Below are positions 20,383-31,034 of a stretch of 64,000 nucleotides of DNA, piece after piece. A model generated the notes under the pieces. The model saw nothing but the letters and a program-made list of their open reading frames with translations. It had not been told where the DNA came from and did not search any database. The position numbers and the translations under genes are program-made. How positions within the stretch are numbered: the stretch's first letter is position 1; every line of letters starts with the position of its first letter. Origin of the DNA: Porphyridium purpureum (taxonomy: Eukaryota); the NCBI GenBank assembly GCA_008690995.1, contig VRMN01000001.1, positions 1,922,001 to 1,986,000 of the forward strand, written 5' to 3'.

Positions 20383-21942
20383 TTATTCCGCGTGGGACAC
20401 CGAGCTGGTCGACACTGCACGCTCGCGATTGATGAGCTCGTCGTCGATGGTCTTGGCAGGCACCGCCGCGGTCTGGGTATCAACCACCTTGAGCGGGCCG
20501 ACGCCCAGCGGGATCACAAGGCACGCAATGCCGCACACAATGCAGCCCAGGATCAGCATGGCGTCGGGCTTCTTTTCTGGGCCGTACGAGAACAGAAGGC
20601 CCAGCGTCACAGCACCCACGTTTCCGCCGGCGCCAACGATGCCTGAGATCGCGCCCGTGCATGTCGGGTCCACGTACGGCACCACGCCAAACGTCGCACC
20701 CTCAGCCATCTGCACACACGACGAGAACAGAACCAGCAGCGGGATGGCCGCGCCCAGAGAAGTCACGCGCGAGAACCCAATCAGCAACAGGCCCTGGATC
20801 AGCTCGGTCAGGAATAACACAATTAGGCGCCCCTTCATGCCAAAGCGCCGGCTCAGAAAGTCAGAGCTGATGCCGCCCAGCGAGCGCGCAAACAGGTTCA
20901 TCAGACCAAACAGCGAAGCAATCAAGCCGGCGGTGCCCTGGTCCACACTAAACTCGTCCTGGAAGTACGTCGACAGGTTGGCGTTCATGATCAGCTCCAC
21001 ACCAAAGCACCCGGCGTACAGCGCAAACAGGATCCACGAGCGCACGTTCTGCGACGCGCGCTTCATCGACTTGAGCGCGTCCGTCTTCTGCAGCGCGCCA
21101 GACGCGTGCAGGTCCTTGCACTGGCCGTCGGGCAGGTCCTGCGAGAAAAAGTACAGGCACAATCCGATTGCCACGCACATCGTGCCCGGGATGACCATCA
21201 CCACGCGCCACGCCTTGTCGTCATTGAGGCCAAATGCCTTCATCAAGTTGAAGAACTGCGGCATCAGCGCGTTGGTCACGCCACCGCCCAGGTTGCCCCA
21301 TCCGGCAGACGTCGCGTTCGCCGTGCCCACGATCACCGGCGAAAACATCTGCGTCGTCCAGAACTGCGTGATCACAAACGTCCCACCCAGGAAGCCAATG
21401 AAGAAGCGCGCTGTGCAGAACGACGCATAGTTGAACGCAGTGCCAATCAGGTACACGGGGAGCGAAAAGACCGTTATGAGCGTCACGAACGGAACGCGCG
21501 ACCCAAACCGGTCGCAGATCGGCCCGATGATCAGGCGCATCAGCACCGTGCCTGACACCGCAATCACGTTCGAGTTTCCAATCGCCGTCTTGTTGGGCGT
21601 GTTCGTCTCAGTGTTCCAAAGTCCCAACTCTGTGGACTGGCGGATCGTCGTCATCAGCGGTGACACCGCGAACCAGCCGAAGATCGCCGTGAAGAAGGCC
21701 GACCACGCGAAGAAGAACGCGCGCATATGCGGCTTGTCAAAGCGCCACGGCTCCAGCTTCATAGCGCGATGCTTCTCGTCTACCGGCAGGCGGAACAGCC
21801 TCTCGCCGGTCTCTGGGTCAATGGGCTGCGGGCCGTACCTTTCGTCGTCCACGAAGGCCCCGGCGCTGCCCACGCGCTCATTCACGTCCACGTCCGACGC
21901 CATCGTGACGGTCGGTGCTGATTCAGTCTGCGTGTCTGCCAT
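20383..21942 (-). CDS. NRT2: NRT2 nitrate transporter, copy 2
   Basis: Same motifs and length as copy 1; 19 aa differences counted by eye. Confidence 0.96.
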   Translation of the reverse strand: MADTQTESAPTVTMASDVDVNERVGSAGAFVDDERYGPQPIDPETGERLFRLPVDEKHRAMKLEPWRFDKPHMRAFFFAWSAFFTAIFGWFAVSPLMTTIRQSTELGLWNTETNTPNKTAIGNSNVIAVSGTVLMRLIIGPICDRFGSRVPFVTLITVFSLPVYLIGTAFNYASFCTARFFIGFLGGTFVITQFWTTQMFSPVIVGTANATSAGWGNLGGGVTNALMPQFFNLMKAFGLNDDKAWRVVMVIPGTMCVAIGLCLYFFSQDLPDGQCKDLHASGALQKTDALKSMKRASQNVRSWILFALYAGCFGVELIMNANLSTYFQDEFSVDQGTAGLIASLFGLMNLFARSLGGISSDFLSRRFGMKGRLIVLFLTELIQGLLLIGFSRVTSLGAAIPLLVLFSSCVQMAEGATFGVVPYVDPTCTGAISGIVGAGGNVGAVTLGLLFSYGPEKKPDAMLILGCIVCGIACLVIPLGVGPLKVVDTQTAAVPAKTIDDELINRERAVSTSSVSHAE

Positions 21943-22991
21943 CCTGGAGAAAGATACAATCAAGACTGGATCTTCTGCCTCAAGTGCTCCCTGCTGCGTG
22001 CTACTGTTCCCTTACCGCAGTTTGCCCTTTTCCCTGGCTTGCTCCACCCCTGCGTCCCGCCTGATCATCCCTACTCTGCCCAGACCAGCAGGCGCTTTAA
22101 ATAGACGACAGAGCGCGCTGCGCCAATCGTCCCGTTCATACCACTCCAAAATGAGTCGCACGACAGCCAACCGCGCGTAATGCTTCACTTCGCGCGACGT
22201 CGTTCGTCGTTCGTGCCTCCCTGCCTCTGTCGGACCAACCTGTCTCGAGCGCAGAGCGTCAAAATTGCCTCGCGCAGCCTGCACCACTTCGCTTCGCGCG
22301 AGCGCGGTGCGTGGTGGGAGCGCGAACGGGCTGCTGCGGATGCAGCGCAATCGGCTATCAGCCCGCCAGCCCGCACGCGTCAGCACCACGCGCGCCGCAC
22401 GTTCATGACAATCGGCACCCCGCAAGCCCGAGCATCGCGGGAGAACCTTCTGCGCGTCACTGTACACAGCGCTGTACCGCGCGCGTGCGGGGTGCGTGTA
22501 CAGCCACGGCTCCGCTGTGGCGCTACCGGTTCTCGCGCGATGCGCGCACTCGCGGGATGCCGATGAGGGCTACACGTGCGTTCGGCATAGCCACGCGCTC
22601 GCGGGATGGCGCTGCGGCAAGAAAATCGCGCGCACGCGCGACCGCACGCGCTGCTGCGCATGTGAGTAACGCCGCGACACGCGCGAACGCTTCGAGCCAC
22701 GCGCGGGCACAAGGCCCTAGCGCACGTTTGGCTCGAGATTGCCGGCAGGGACACCAGGTGGGCACAGCGCTGCGCGACTCGCGGGGAACGGAAGACAGAC
22801 TCTGTCGCAGCGCCTGCGCCCCGCCCATCTCGCGGAGCTTGCGCCTTTGGGCGAGGATAAATACGCAGTCGGTTCCGGGCTGGGACTTGCTGTCGACACG
22901 GGCAAGCTGACGACCTCCTGTCGCACGGCGAATCACCGAGTAATTTCTCAGCCCGCGCACGTACAGGTTGAGCAGGCAACAGCAACTGGCC
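21943..22991. promoter_or_regulatory. Second copy of the bidirectional NRT2/NR promoter
   Basis: Appears identical to the reverse complement of 6994-8042; overlapping ORF translations in several frames match exactly. Confidence 0.7.
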
Positions 22992-25667
22992 ATGGCAACA
23001 CAGACGATTCCGCTCAGCGCCGGGCGCACCGGCTCGATGGACTCGCTGACAGACGAAAAGGTCGCGCAGGCGGGCGCGGGCAGGCTCGACGCGAGCGCGT
23101 GCATTGAGCCCGTGCTTCAGCCGGCCGACTTGTACACCGTGGCCGGCGACGCCGACGCGACGCGCGAGAACGTGCTCGCGGCGCTCGACTCGGACTACAG
23201 GCCCGGCGGCCTCGGGCCGCAGCACGTGGAGACAGAGGCACTGGACGTGGACAAGAGCACGCCAGACGCGTGGGTGCCGCGCTCCAAGGAGCTGATTCGC
23301 CTGACAGGCAAGCACCCGTTCAACTGCGAGCCGGAGATTGGGCTGCTGCTGGACCAGGGCTTCTTCACGCCGCCGTCGATTCACTACATCCGCAACCACG
23401 GTTACGCGATGAAGGACATCAGCTGGGAGACGCACGAGCTGACGATTGGCGGGCTCGTGGGCAAGCCGATGACGCTGTCGATGGACCAGCTGGCGGCGAT
23501 GCCGTCTGTGTCGCTCCCCGTGACACTGGTTTGCGCCGGGAACCGCCGCAAGGAGCAGAACATGACCAAGCAGACGATTGGGTTCAGCTGGGGTCCGTGC
23601 GCCGTGGGCACGCACATGTGGACGGGGGTGCGGCTGCGCGACCTGCTGCTGGCCGCGGACGTGGACCTGAGCAAGGGCAAGCACGTGTGCTTTGTGGGTG
23701 CCGAGGACCTGCCCAAGGGCAAGTACGGGACGTCGATCCCGATCTCGCTGGCCCTGGACGTGTTTGGGGAGGTGCTGATTGCGTACGAGAACAACGGGAT
23801 GCGGCTGACGCCCGACCACGGCTTCCCCGTGCGCGTGATTATTCCTGGGTGGATTGGCGGGCGCATGGTGAAGTGGCTCAAGGAGATCACGGTCACGGAG
23901 GAGCCGTCGGACAACTACTACCACTTTTTTGACAACCGGATCATGCCGCCGCACGTGACGGCCGAGCTGGCGGAGAAGGAAGGCTGGTGGAGGCGGCCGG
24001 ACTACCTGTTCAACGAGCTGAACATCAACTCGGCGATTGGCTCGCCGAACCACGACGAGCGGCTGGACCTGAGCGCCGGCAGCAAAAAGTACACGATGCG
24101 CGGGTACGCTTACTCTGGCGGCGGACGCAAGATCACGCGCGTGGAAGTGTCGCTGAACGGCGGGAAGACGTGGGAGCTGGCGGCGGTGCAGCGGCCAGAA
24201 GAGAAATTCAGCCACTCGACGAAGTTTGGGCGGTACTACTGCTGGGTGTTCTGGACGATGGAGGTGGACACGTTCCGGTTCCTGGAGAGCGCGATCGACA
24301 CGGGCGAGATCATGTGCCGCGCGTGGGACGAGTCGAACAACACGCAGCCCGCGGCGCTGACGTGGAACCTGATGGGCATGGGCAACAACCCGCACTTCCG
24401 CGTGAAGATCCACCCGGAGCGCAGCAAGGGCGGCTTTAGCCTGCGCTTCGAGCACCCGACGGTGGCCGGGCCGGCCAAGGGCGGGTGGATGAACCCGCTG
24501 GACTCGGAGGAGCTGGAGGCGGCGGCCAAGCTGATCGCCGAGCAGCGGGAGGCGGCGCGCAAGGCGGCGCGCGCCAGCAAGGACGCGTCCAAGACGTACT
24601 TCAAGTGGGCCGAGATCCGCAAGCACAACAACGAAGAGTCGGCGTGGATTGTGGTGCACGACAAGGTGTACGACTGCACGCCGTTCCTGGCGGACCATCC
24701 GGGCGGCGGCTCGTCGATTGTGATGAACGCCGGCGACGACTCGACCGAGGAGTTTGACGCGATTCACTCATCCAAGGCGCAGGAGATGCTGAGGGACTAC
24801 TACATTGGCGAGCTGGACACGGACGAGGGCGCGGACGACTCTGCGGCCGATAGCGTAGATGAGGCGGACGTGCTGATTGCGCTCGACCCGAAGAAGAAGG
24901 TGGCTGTCAAGGTGGCATCTGTGGAGACGCTGACGTACAACACGCGGCGCCTGCGCTTTGCGCTGCCGACCAAGGACCACGTGCTGGGGCTGCCCGTTGG
25001 GTTCCACATGCTGCTGAGCGCCAAGATTGACGGCAAGCTGGTGATGCGCGCGTACACGCCGGCGTCGTCGAACGACATGGTTGGATTCTTCGATCTGGTG
25101 ATCAAGGTGTACTTTGCGAACGAGCACCCCAAGTTCCCGGACGGTGGCGTGTTCTCGCAGTACCTGAACTCGCTCAAGGTGGGAGACTCGGTTGATGTGA
25201 AGGGCCCGATTGGCCACGTGGAGTACAAGCGTCATGGCAACATGATCATTCACGGCACCAAGCGGCAGGTCAAGCAGCTCGGGTTCATCTGCGGCGGCAC
25301 TGGCATCACGCCGGCGTTCCAGATTATTCAGCAGATCCTGAAGGACAAGTCGGACGCGACCGAGGTGTACCTTTTGTACGCAAACAACTCGCCAAGCGAC
25401 ATTCTGCTGAAGGAGGAGTTGGACGCGTGGGCCAGGGAGCACGCGAACTTTCACCTGTACCACACAGTGGCTGCGGTGCCGGAGGGCGAGTCGTGGGACC
25501 AAGGCGTGGGCTTCATCAACGAGGACATGATCCGCGAACACCTTCCCGCACCTGCCGGCGGCGACGTGTACATTGGCATGTGCGGACCGCCGCCCATGAT
25601 CAACTTTGCGTGCCTGCCGAACTTGGACAAAGTCGGTCACGCGAAGGATAACTACGGCACGTTCTAG
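22992..25667 (+). CDS. NIA: Assimilatory nitrate reductase, copy 2
   Basis: Same domains as copy 1; differs at Q/K (AEQEG/AEKEG), L/V (VKLAS/VKVAS) and I/V (DSIDV/DSVDV). Confidence 0.97.
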   Translation: MATQTIPLSAGRTGSMDSLTDEKVAQAGAGRLDASACIEPVLQPADLYTVAGDADATRENVLAALDSDYRPGGLGPQHVETEALDVDKSTPDAWVPRSKELIRLTGKHPFNCEPEIGLLLDQGFFTPPSIHYIRNHGYAMKDISWETHELTIGGLVGKPMTLSMDQLAAMPSVSLPVTLVCAGNRRKEQNMTKQTIGFSWGPCAVGTHMWTGVRLRDLLLAADVDLSKGKHVCFVGAEDLPKGKYGTSIPISLALDVFGEVLIAYENNGMRLTPDHGFPVRVIIPGWIGGRMVKWLKEITVTEEPSDNYYHFFDNRIMPPHVTAELAEKEGWWRRPDYLFNELNINSAIGSPNHDERLDLSAGSKKYTMRGYAYSGGGRKITRVEVSLNGGKTWELAAVQRPEEKFSHSTKFGRYYCWVFWTMEVDTFRFLESAIDTGEIMCRAWDESNNTQPAALTWNLMGMGNNPHFRVKIHPERSKGGFSLRFEHPTVAGPAKGGWMNPLDSEELEAAAKLIAEQREAARKAARASKDASKTYFKWAEIRKHNNEESAWIVVHDKVYDCTPFLADHPGGGSSIVMNAGDDSTEEFDAIHSSKAQEMLRDYYIGELDTDEGADDSAADSVDEADVLIALDPKKKVAVKVASVETLTYNTRRLRFALPTKDHVLGLPVGFHMLLSAKIDGKLVMRAYTPASSNDMVGFFDLVIKVYFANEHPKFPDGGVFSQYLNSLKVGDSVDVKGPIGHVEYKRHGNMIIHGTKRQVKQLGFICGGTGITPAFQIIQQILKDKSDATEVYLLYANNSPSDILLKEELDAWAREHANFHLYHTVAAVPEGESWDQGVGFINEDMIREHLPAPAGGDVYIGMCGPPPMINFACLPNLDKVGHAKDNYGTF

Positions 25668-26024
25668 AAAGACTAGTCCTGTGTTTTGATTTTGTGTACA
25701 ACAGTGAAGTGAATTTATTTTATATTCCTGAAGCCTTGGAATAGGCTGCAATCATGTTTACTCTCCACAACTGGCTTGTAGTGCGCTCGAAAGTGCCGCG
25801 ATCGGTTCCAGGGAGAACGCTCTCGCCACGCATAGCGACACAAAATTTGCCGAAGCCATCGTCAGATGACGGCAGCTAAAGCATGGAACGCTAGCGCGGC
25901 TCACTGTTCACGTACAATTAGCAGTGCTTTGCTGACGACTGCAGTCTTTGTGTTTCACATTGCGAACCAATCTGAACGGTTGAAAACTTCAAGCTTGGCT
26001 CGCGGCTCACAAGTATGACGTACC

Positions 26025-26450
26025 TTACTTGGAATGAAGGTCCGCCGATGCCTTCTTCCTTGACAAATTATCCTCAAGTTGACTGTTCGTATTGCAAATT
26101 CCATCCACTTCCTCGAATAGTTCTTCGTTGTCAATCTCAGGTATTGGTGCGAGCAGGCTTTGGAATTTTGGCCGCCTGCGCGGCGTCGATAAGCTAGAGA
26201 GGCAATCCCAACACCGAAACTTGACTTCCAGCGGCAACTTGGAATGGTCTGATGTCCTACTAGAAGGACTTGCCCCGAAGGACTTTGTCTCCTGCGACTC
26301 CTCCGACTCGATCCTGCCCTTTCCAATTTCCAAAGGCAGAGCCATTATGAAATTGGATGATCTCCAGTGTGGCCTCCTTGATGGTCTTGGTCTGGCTCTG
26401 CTGTTTGGTCGCGCGTACTTCGATGCCCCATTCCGTGCGATGCTCTGCAT
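26025..26450 (-). CDS. Small hypothetical protein with a CxxC-x16-LxxIxE motif (paralog A)
   Basis: 141 aa ATG ORF; LEVKFRCWDC...LAPIPEIDNEE is shared with 28004-28279 at protein and nucleotide level. Confidence 0.6.
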   Translation of the reverse strand: MQSIARNGASKYARPNSRARPRPSRRPHWRSSNFIMALPLEIGKGRIESEESQETKSFGASPSSRTSDHSKLPLEVKFRCWDCLSSLSTPRRRPKFQSLLAPIPEIDNEELFEEVDGICNTNSQLEDNLSRKKASADLHSK

Positions 26451-28003
26451 ACATATATGCCTCCTTGCAAATCAAGTGAGAGACCCAGAATGTGTGTCTG
26501 GTGTCATTTTGTATCGGCCGACCGGACACGCGGCTATGCAACACGCTAACATCGCGTTTGACGTGGAGGACTGTCATTCTGTGTTTTGCGTTTGTTTGCC
26601 TCGCTGATGCGAATTGAATCCGCTTCCAATACTTTCCAGCGTAACGTGAGGATTCGTGAATTACTCACTATGCGTAATTTTGCGCAAGCCTTACGAGAAA
26701 ACCAAACACGCGGATACGAAAGAAAGCTCCTACCTGGGCCATACGACGGAGGAAGGCCATGCCTGCCCGGAGCTGACTCCGAATACGAAAATGGTGCCTT
26801 TGTTTGTGGCCGCGCTGCACTGGCTAAGCAGCACCATTGCGCGAGCGTCGATGCTTCTCATTGCGGATACCCTTGCACCTCGTCTTTTGCCTGCCAGTAG
26901 CCACGTCAGACTCCTCTTAACCCTGCAATCGCTCTGATATTTATGACGGCCTTGTGCGCAGAAAAGCATGCGGGGCATAGAACATCAACCGAGCACTGCG
27001 CGACATGGGGGTCACTATTCTCACATATTTATTTTTCCGTCCTTCTTCTCGATGTTCGATATCAACATTCCAACGCCCGCCACATGTCTTGAACAGAGGC
27101 GGAGTGCAGAGTTTGTGGTGGTGCATGTGCCTGCCAGTCAGCACGTCCTGTCAGACCGCACCGACTTCCCTGTCGCCACGAATCACTGTACACTACTTTA
27201 AACCAAAAGGTTGAAGCAAATCGCGCGCTTGCAATAAAAGATGCATCCATCTAAACCGTGGTTCTTACATATGATCCAGACGGTACAGTGAGGACCGAGC
27301 ACGTTCGAACTGGCTTGTGGCGCGTGCATGATTGCGCATGCTCAGGGAAATCGCTGCTTCATGTACCATGCCCATGGGCTGCTTCAACACTTCCGGCATA
27401 CCCCAAGTCGAAGCGTCGTGAACACGGTAATGCGTGGGTTGCCGTGCAAATTGGCGCCACTTCTCCGTCGAAACAAATTGCAAAAAAAGGGCCCGGCGCA
27501 AAACCGTATCTGCTTAAGGTCAAGTTGGCGTCTCAAGACGGAACGCAAAGTCGGAATGCTGCCTTGGGAGAGTGCACATCCTTTCGGACTCGAGCACGGT
27601 AGAGAAATTAATGACATGGACAAGAACGAGAGCGCAACTTCAAAAAGGCACCGCGACCGGGCGTGGACGCTTCCTTCAACAAATGATTTTGAGTACAACG
27701 TCGCACACTGAGGAAAACGTCAAACTCTTGCACCATGGAAGATGTGCATTGTCGAGCGATCTTTGCGCGCTGTGAAGCAATTTAAGACTAGATGCCGATG
27801 AATGAGGATCGTTTGATTCTCCCGGAGATCAAACTGGCGAGCAAGAAGTCAAGCGCCCGCAACGATGAAGACGTGTCTCCAGGACAAGCGTACATCACGT
27901 CTGGATCAAGCAGAAAACGCGTCGCAAACAATTAGGGCCCACGGTAAACTACTCATGAAGCTGTCGGATGGTAGACTGCTCTAATCTTCACGATCGCTTG
28001 CGC

Positions 28004-28279
28004 CTAAAATCTCGCCTCTTCCTCTGATTCCTCATCCTCTTCCTTCTCGTCAACCTCCGGGATGGGCGGAAGGACGGGTTTCAGCTTGGGTAGCTTACGT
28101 GGAGCCGTGATCTTCAAGACACAATCCCAGCATCCAAACCGGACCTCCAAATGCGGCGTAGAACGTGCGGGAGCTCTCCAGCTCAAGGAGTTCCTGAGTT
28201 CCAGTCCCTCCGTCTCATTCCTTCGAACGTGCTCCACCCAACCCAGTGGCGCCACACTCAGCGGACCTTGCGCTGCCAT
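28004..28279 (-). CDS. Small hypothetical protein with a CxxC-x16-LxxIxE motif (paralog B)
   Basis: 91 aa from ATG 28279; LEVRFGCWDC...LPPIPEVDEKEEDEE; minus-strand TATAAA at 28360-28365. Confidence 0.65.
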   Translation of the reverse strand: MAAQGPLSVAPLGWVEHVRRNETEGLELRNSLSWRAPARSTPHLEVRFGCWDCVLKITAPRKLPKLKPVLPPIPEVDEKEEDEESEEEARF

Positions 28280-28888
28280 TTCGCTACTTGCCACCAAGAC
28301 GCTCTCGAGCCCTGAGTGTTCCCTCGCGGCATTGTCAGGGGCGACATTTCATCCTTCGATTTATACCCCGACCTGGCTCGCCTGCCTGCAATCACTGCTC
28401 ATGCGAGCGTAGGGCACTGAGAAGGCTTAAACATTATCCCACGCAGAAATAATGGCACTTCTCTGCAGAATGACCAACTAGGGCCGTCAGTTACTCCTCG
28501 ACAACATGTTCCAAAGTGCCCATCTCCGCCGCAATCCGTTAAGAACTCTTCGATGTGGCTCCCTGGCAGTACTGAAAAGCCGTCTGACAGACCAAAAAGA
28601 TACTATGGCTTTCTCACGGTCTCAATCCAATGATACTCAATACCACGTGGAAAGAATCACGCCATCAATCGACGAAGTGGACGGAAGCGCAAACCACGAT
28701 GCAGAGTCGCTTCTGCGTGGCTGTTGTCCAGCTCATGCTCGGGCGCTACGGGTCCTTGTCACCCCACTGAGAAACGCTCACGGGTGTACCTCAAGGGTCT
28801 GTGAATCCCTCAAGTACAGTGGGTACACTTATCCGATGAAACAGGCGACTGCGTGCGAGCGGCCAGGTGGACGGACAACTGGCTCGGC

Positions 28889-29857
28889 TCACTTGACAAG
28901 ATTCGCATCGAGCTGAGTGAGACGCGGCAGCGCGTCCAAAATGCGCTGCTTGTACTGCTCTGGCTGCTCTGTCTGCAGTGGGTTTCCTTCCAGGTAGACG
29001 CATGTGAGATTCGGCAGGTCCACCAGCTCGCTCAACGCGCCGAAATCACAAATGGCGTTGCCGTTTAGCCACAGCTCCTGTAGCTTCTTGAGATGAGACA
29101 CATTTTCCAGCACCCGGATGCGGTTGGATCCAAGGTCCAACACGCGCAGTTCTGTGAGCTCCTCCAGTCCTTCGATTTTCTCGATCCCGTTATGTGAGAG
29201 ATAGAGCTCCTCCAGGTTCTTGAGCGCTCCCAGATTTTCAATCTTCACAATGCGGTTGCTTTGCAGCGACAGAATGCGTAGGTTACGCAGGGGGTCCAAA
29301 TTTTCGAGCCGAGCAATCTTGTTCCTGCCAAGCCACAGGGAGCGTAAACCCACCAGCGATCCCATGTTTTCGATCACGCGGATGCGGTTGTCACCCAGCT
29401 CGAGCATCTCCAGCTCACCTAAAGCGTCAAGGTTCTCGATCTTGGTGATCTTGTTTGCAATCAGATACAGTTCCTTCAGCATCGGCAAGTTCTTCGAGTC
29501 CACCATCTCGAGCTTCGTCAGTGTGCGTAGCGTATTGAACGACAGGTCAAGCCGTTCCAGCTTTTCAAGTCCCTCAAACGCCGCAGGATCAACCTCTTCG
29601 ACAAAGTTCATGTACAAATCGAGGTCTTCTAGACATTTCAGTCGATTCAGTTCCGCCGGAAGCCGCCTGATTTCATTCTGGCGGAGCGTGAGCCGCTGTA
29701 GTTGATCCAGGTGCTCCAGCCGCTCAAACCGCTTGATCCGATTGTTTGTCAAGTCCAACTCGCGCGTCGAGCTGTCAATCCCGTCTGGCACCTCCCCGGA
29801 AGCCAGATGAGATAAGTCTATGTACCCGGCATCGTTCCCGTCAACCTCTGACCCCAT
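28889..29857 (-). CDS. SDS22: Protein phosphatase 1 regulatory subunit 7 (Sds22), LRR protein
   Basis: About 11 Sds22-type LRRs (LELGDNRIRVIEN, LWLGRNKI, LSLQSNRI, LYLSHNGIEKIEGL) and an LRR cap (VYLEGNP...Y...LP.LTQLD). Confidence 0.9.
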   Translation of the reverse strand: MGSEVDGNDAGYIDLSHLASGEVPDGIDSSTRELDLTNNRIKRFERLEHLDQLQRLTLRQNEIRRLPAELNRLKCLEDLDLYMNFVEEVDPAAFEGLEKLERLDLSFNTLRTLTKLEMVDSKNLPMLKELYLIANKITKIENLDALGELEMLELGDNRIRVIENMGSLVGLRSLWLGRNKIARLENLDPLRNLRILSLQSNRIVKIENLGALKNLEELYLSHNGIEKIEGLEELTELRVLDLGSNRIRVLENVSHLKKLQELWLNGNAICDFGALSELVDLPNLTCVYLEGNPLQTEQPEQYKQRILDALPRLTQLDANLVK

Positions 29858-29986
29858 ATCGAGCCTTCACTAGATTCCCGATGCCTCGCTCTTCCAACCA
29901 CGTACCCGCCATGTCGTAGTGTGCAAAGTGTTTAAGACGGCGAAGGCGGAAAGAGAAAGGCGGAAAGGGAGAAGGGAGCCACAGTC

Positions 29987-30805
29987 ATGGCGTGCTTTCT
30001 AAGTGCAGCGGCAGGTACGCCAGTACAGCTGAAGGGTGGAAAGTATACCGAGGCCAAGTGCAGGTCGTGGTCAAAGGCCGCTATGGTGAAGCGACGCGAT
30101 GAGACGAGAATGACGCATCTTTACATGAGTGAGCAAGGCCCTTCGAGTAGAAGTAACGCACAAGTCTCCTCGGATCAATCAGCAGATGCAGCGGCTTTGT
30201 ACAAATTGGGGTGCTGCTTGGCAAAGGACTGGAGCAACAAGCAACAGGCTGCCGAGAACCCGCCGCTTTGGGCACATATCCACGTGTGCTTTCGTCCGCT
30301 GCCCAAGACGTTTTTCGCGTCTCAGGGCATTCCCGAGTGCATCTCGTTCTACACAGAGTCTGCCTATGACTACATGATATCGCGGCCATACAAGAACTCG
30401 GTGGTGCGGATCGCGCCAGGCACAAAAGCGAATGGCACTCTCGAGCTCTTCTCTTACAAAATCACGGAAAACCCGGAGCTCCTGTTCTACGGGTCTCGTG
30501 ATCGCAGCTTGCTCGATGATTTCACGTGTGATCATCTCGCTCAGTTGCCAGAGGGGTGCAATTTGGTGTACGAGTGGGACGCGGTCGAGCGCATGTACCG
30601 CGGATACACACGCCCGGGGAAGCAGTGCAAAATGCCCAAGGGCGGCTACTTGTGCTCGGAGGCCACACTCACAGAGGATCATTATACGAGCTGGGATACG
30701 GGACGCGACTTTGATACAGACGAGATTCTTTGGGGCGCCGCAGGCGGTGCCTTTGACTTTTACCCGGAGGAGAGTTTCGCGCATGAAGTGCCGAAACTTG
30801 GGTAG
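29987..30805 (+). CDS. cpcT: Plastid-targeted CpcT/CpeT-family phycobiliprotein (T-type) lyase
   Basis: WSNKQQAAENPPLWAHIHVCFRPLP, AYDY..RPY and SWDTGRD...LWG; N-terminal MACF transit-like peptide. Confidence 0.85.
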   Translation: MACFLSAAAGTPVQLKGGKYTEAKCRSWSKAAMVKRRDETRMTHLYMSEQGPSSRSNAQVSSDQSADAAALYKLGCCLAKDWSNKQQAAENPPLWAHIHVCFRPLPKTFFASQGIPECISFYTESAYDYMISRPYKNSVVRIAPGTKANGTLELFSYKITENPELLFYGSRDRSLLDDFTCDHLAQLPEGCNLVYEWDAVERMYRGYTRPGKQCKMPKGGYLCSEATLTEDHYTSWDTGRDFDTDEILWGAAGGAFDFYPEESFAHEVPKLG

Positions 30806-31034
30806 TCGGGTCGTGCTCGTTTCAAGAGTATTCACACTTAAGGTTTGCTGTCAAAGTAGAATTCATATGTCTGAGGCTACGGGCAGACATGCTGCCCGGG
30901 CTTGTGACGTGTGCAGTTCTCCGGACAAATACCGAATGTGGTCATTCTCAGAGAAAGAGGATAGTCTTCCGTGCGGGATGGACAAGAATGTTAATTCGAT
31001 CCTTAGTTCAAGAACAACTTTTATTTTCGCCACT

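Larger units (their letters stand above)
20383..25667. repeat. Right arm of the 5.3 kb inverted duplication
   Basis: Reverse complement of 4318-9602. Confidence 0.97.

Noticed and set aside
26600..27950. Possible retroelement relic between the two micro-protein genes
   Set aside because: Only short ORFs; no convincing RT, integrase or RNase H motif, and no LTR, TIR or TSD seen.
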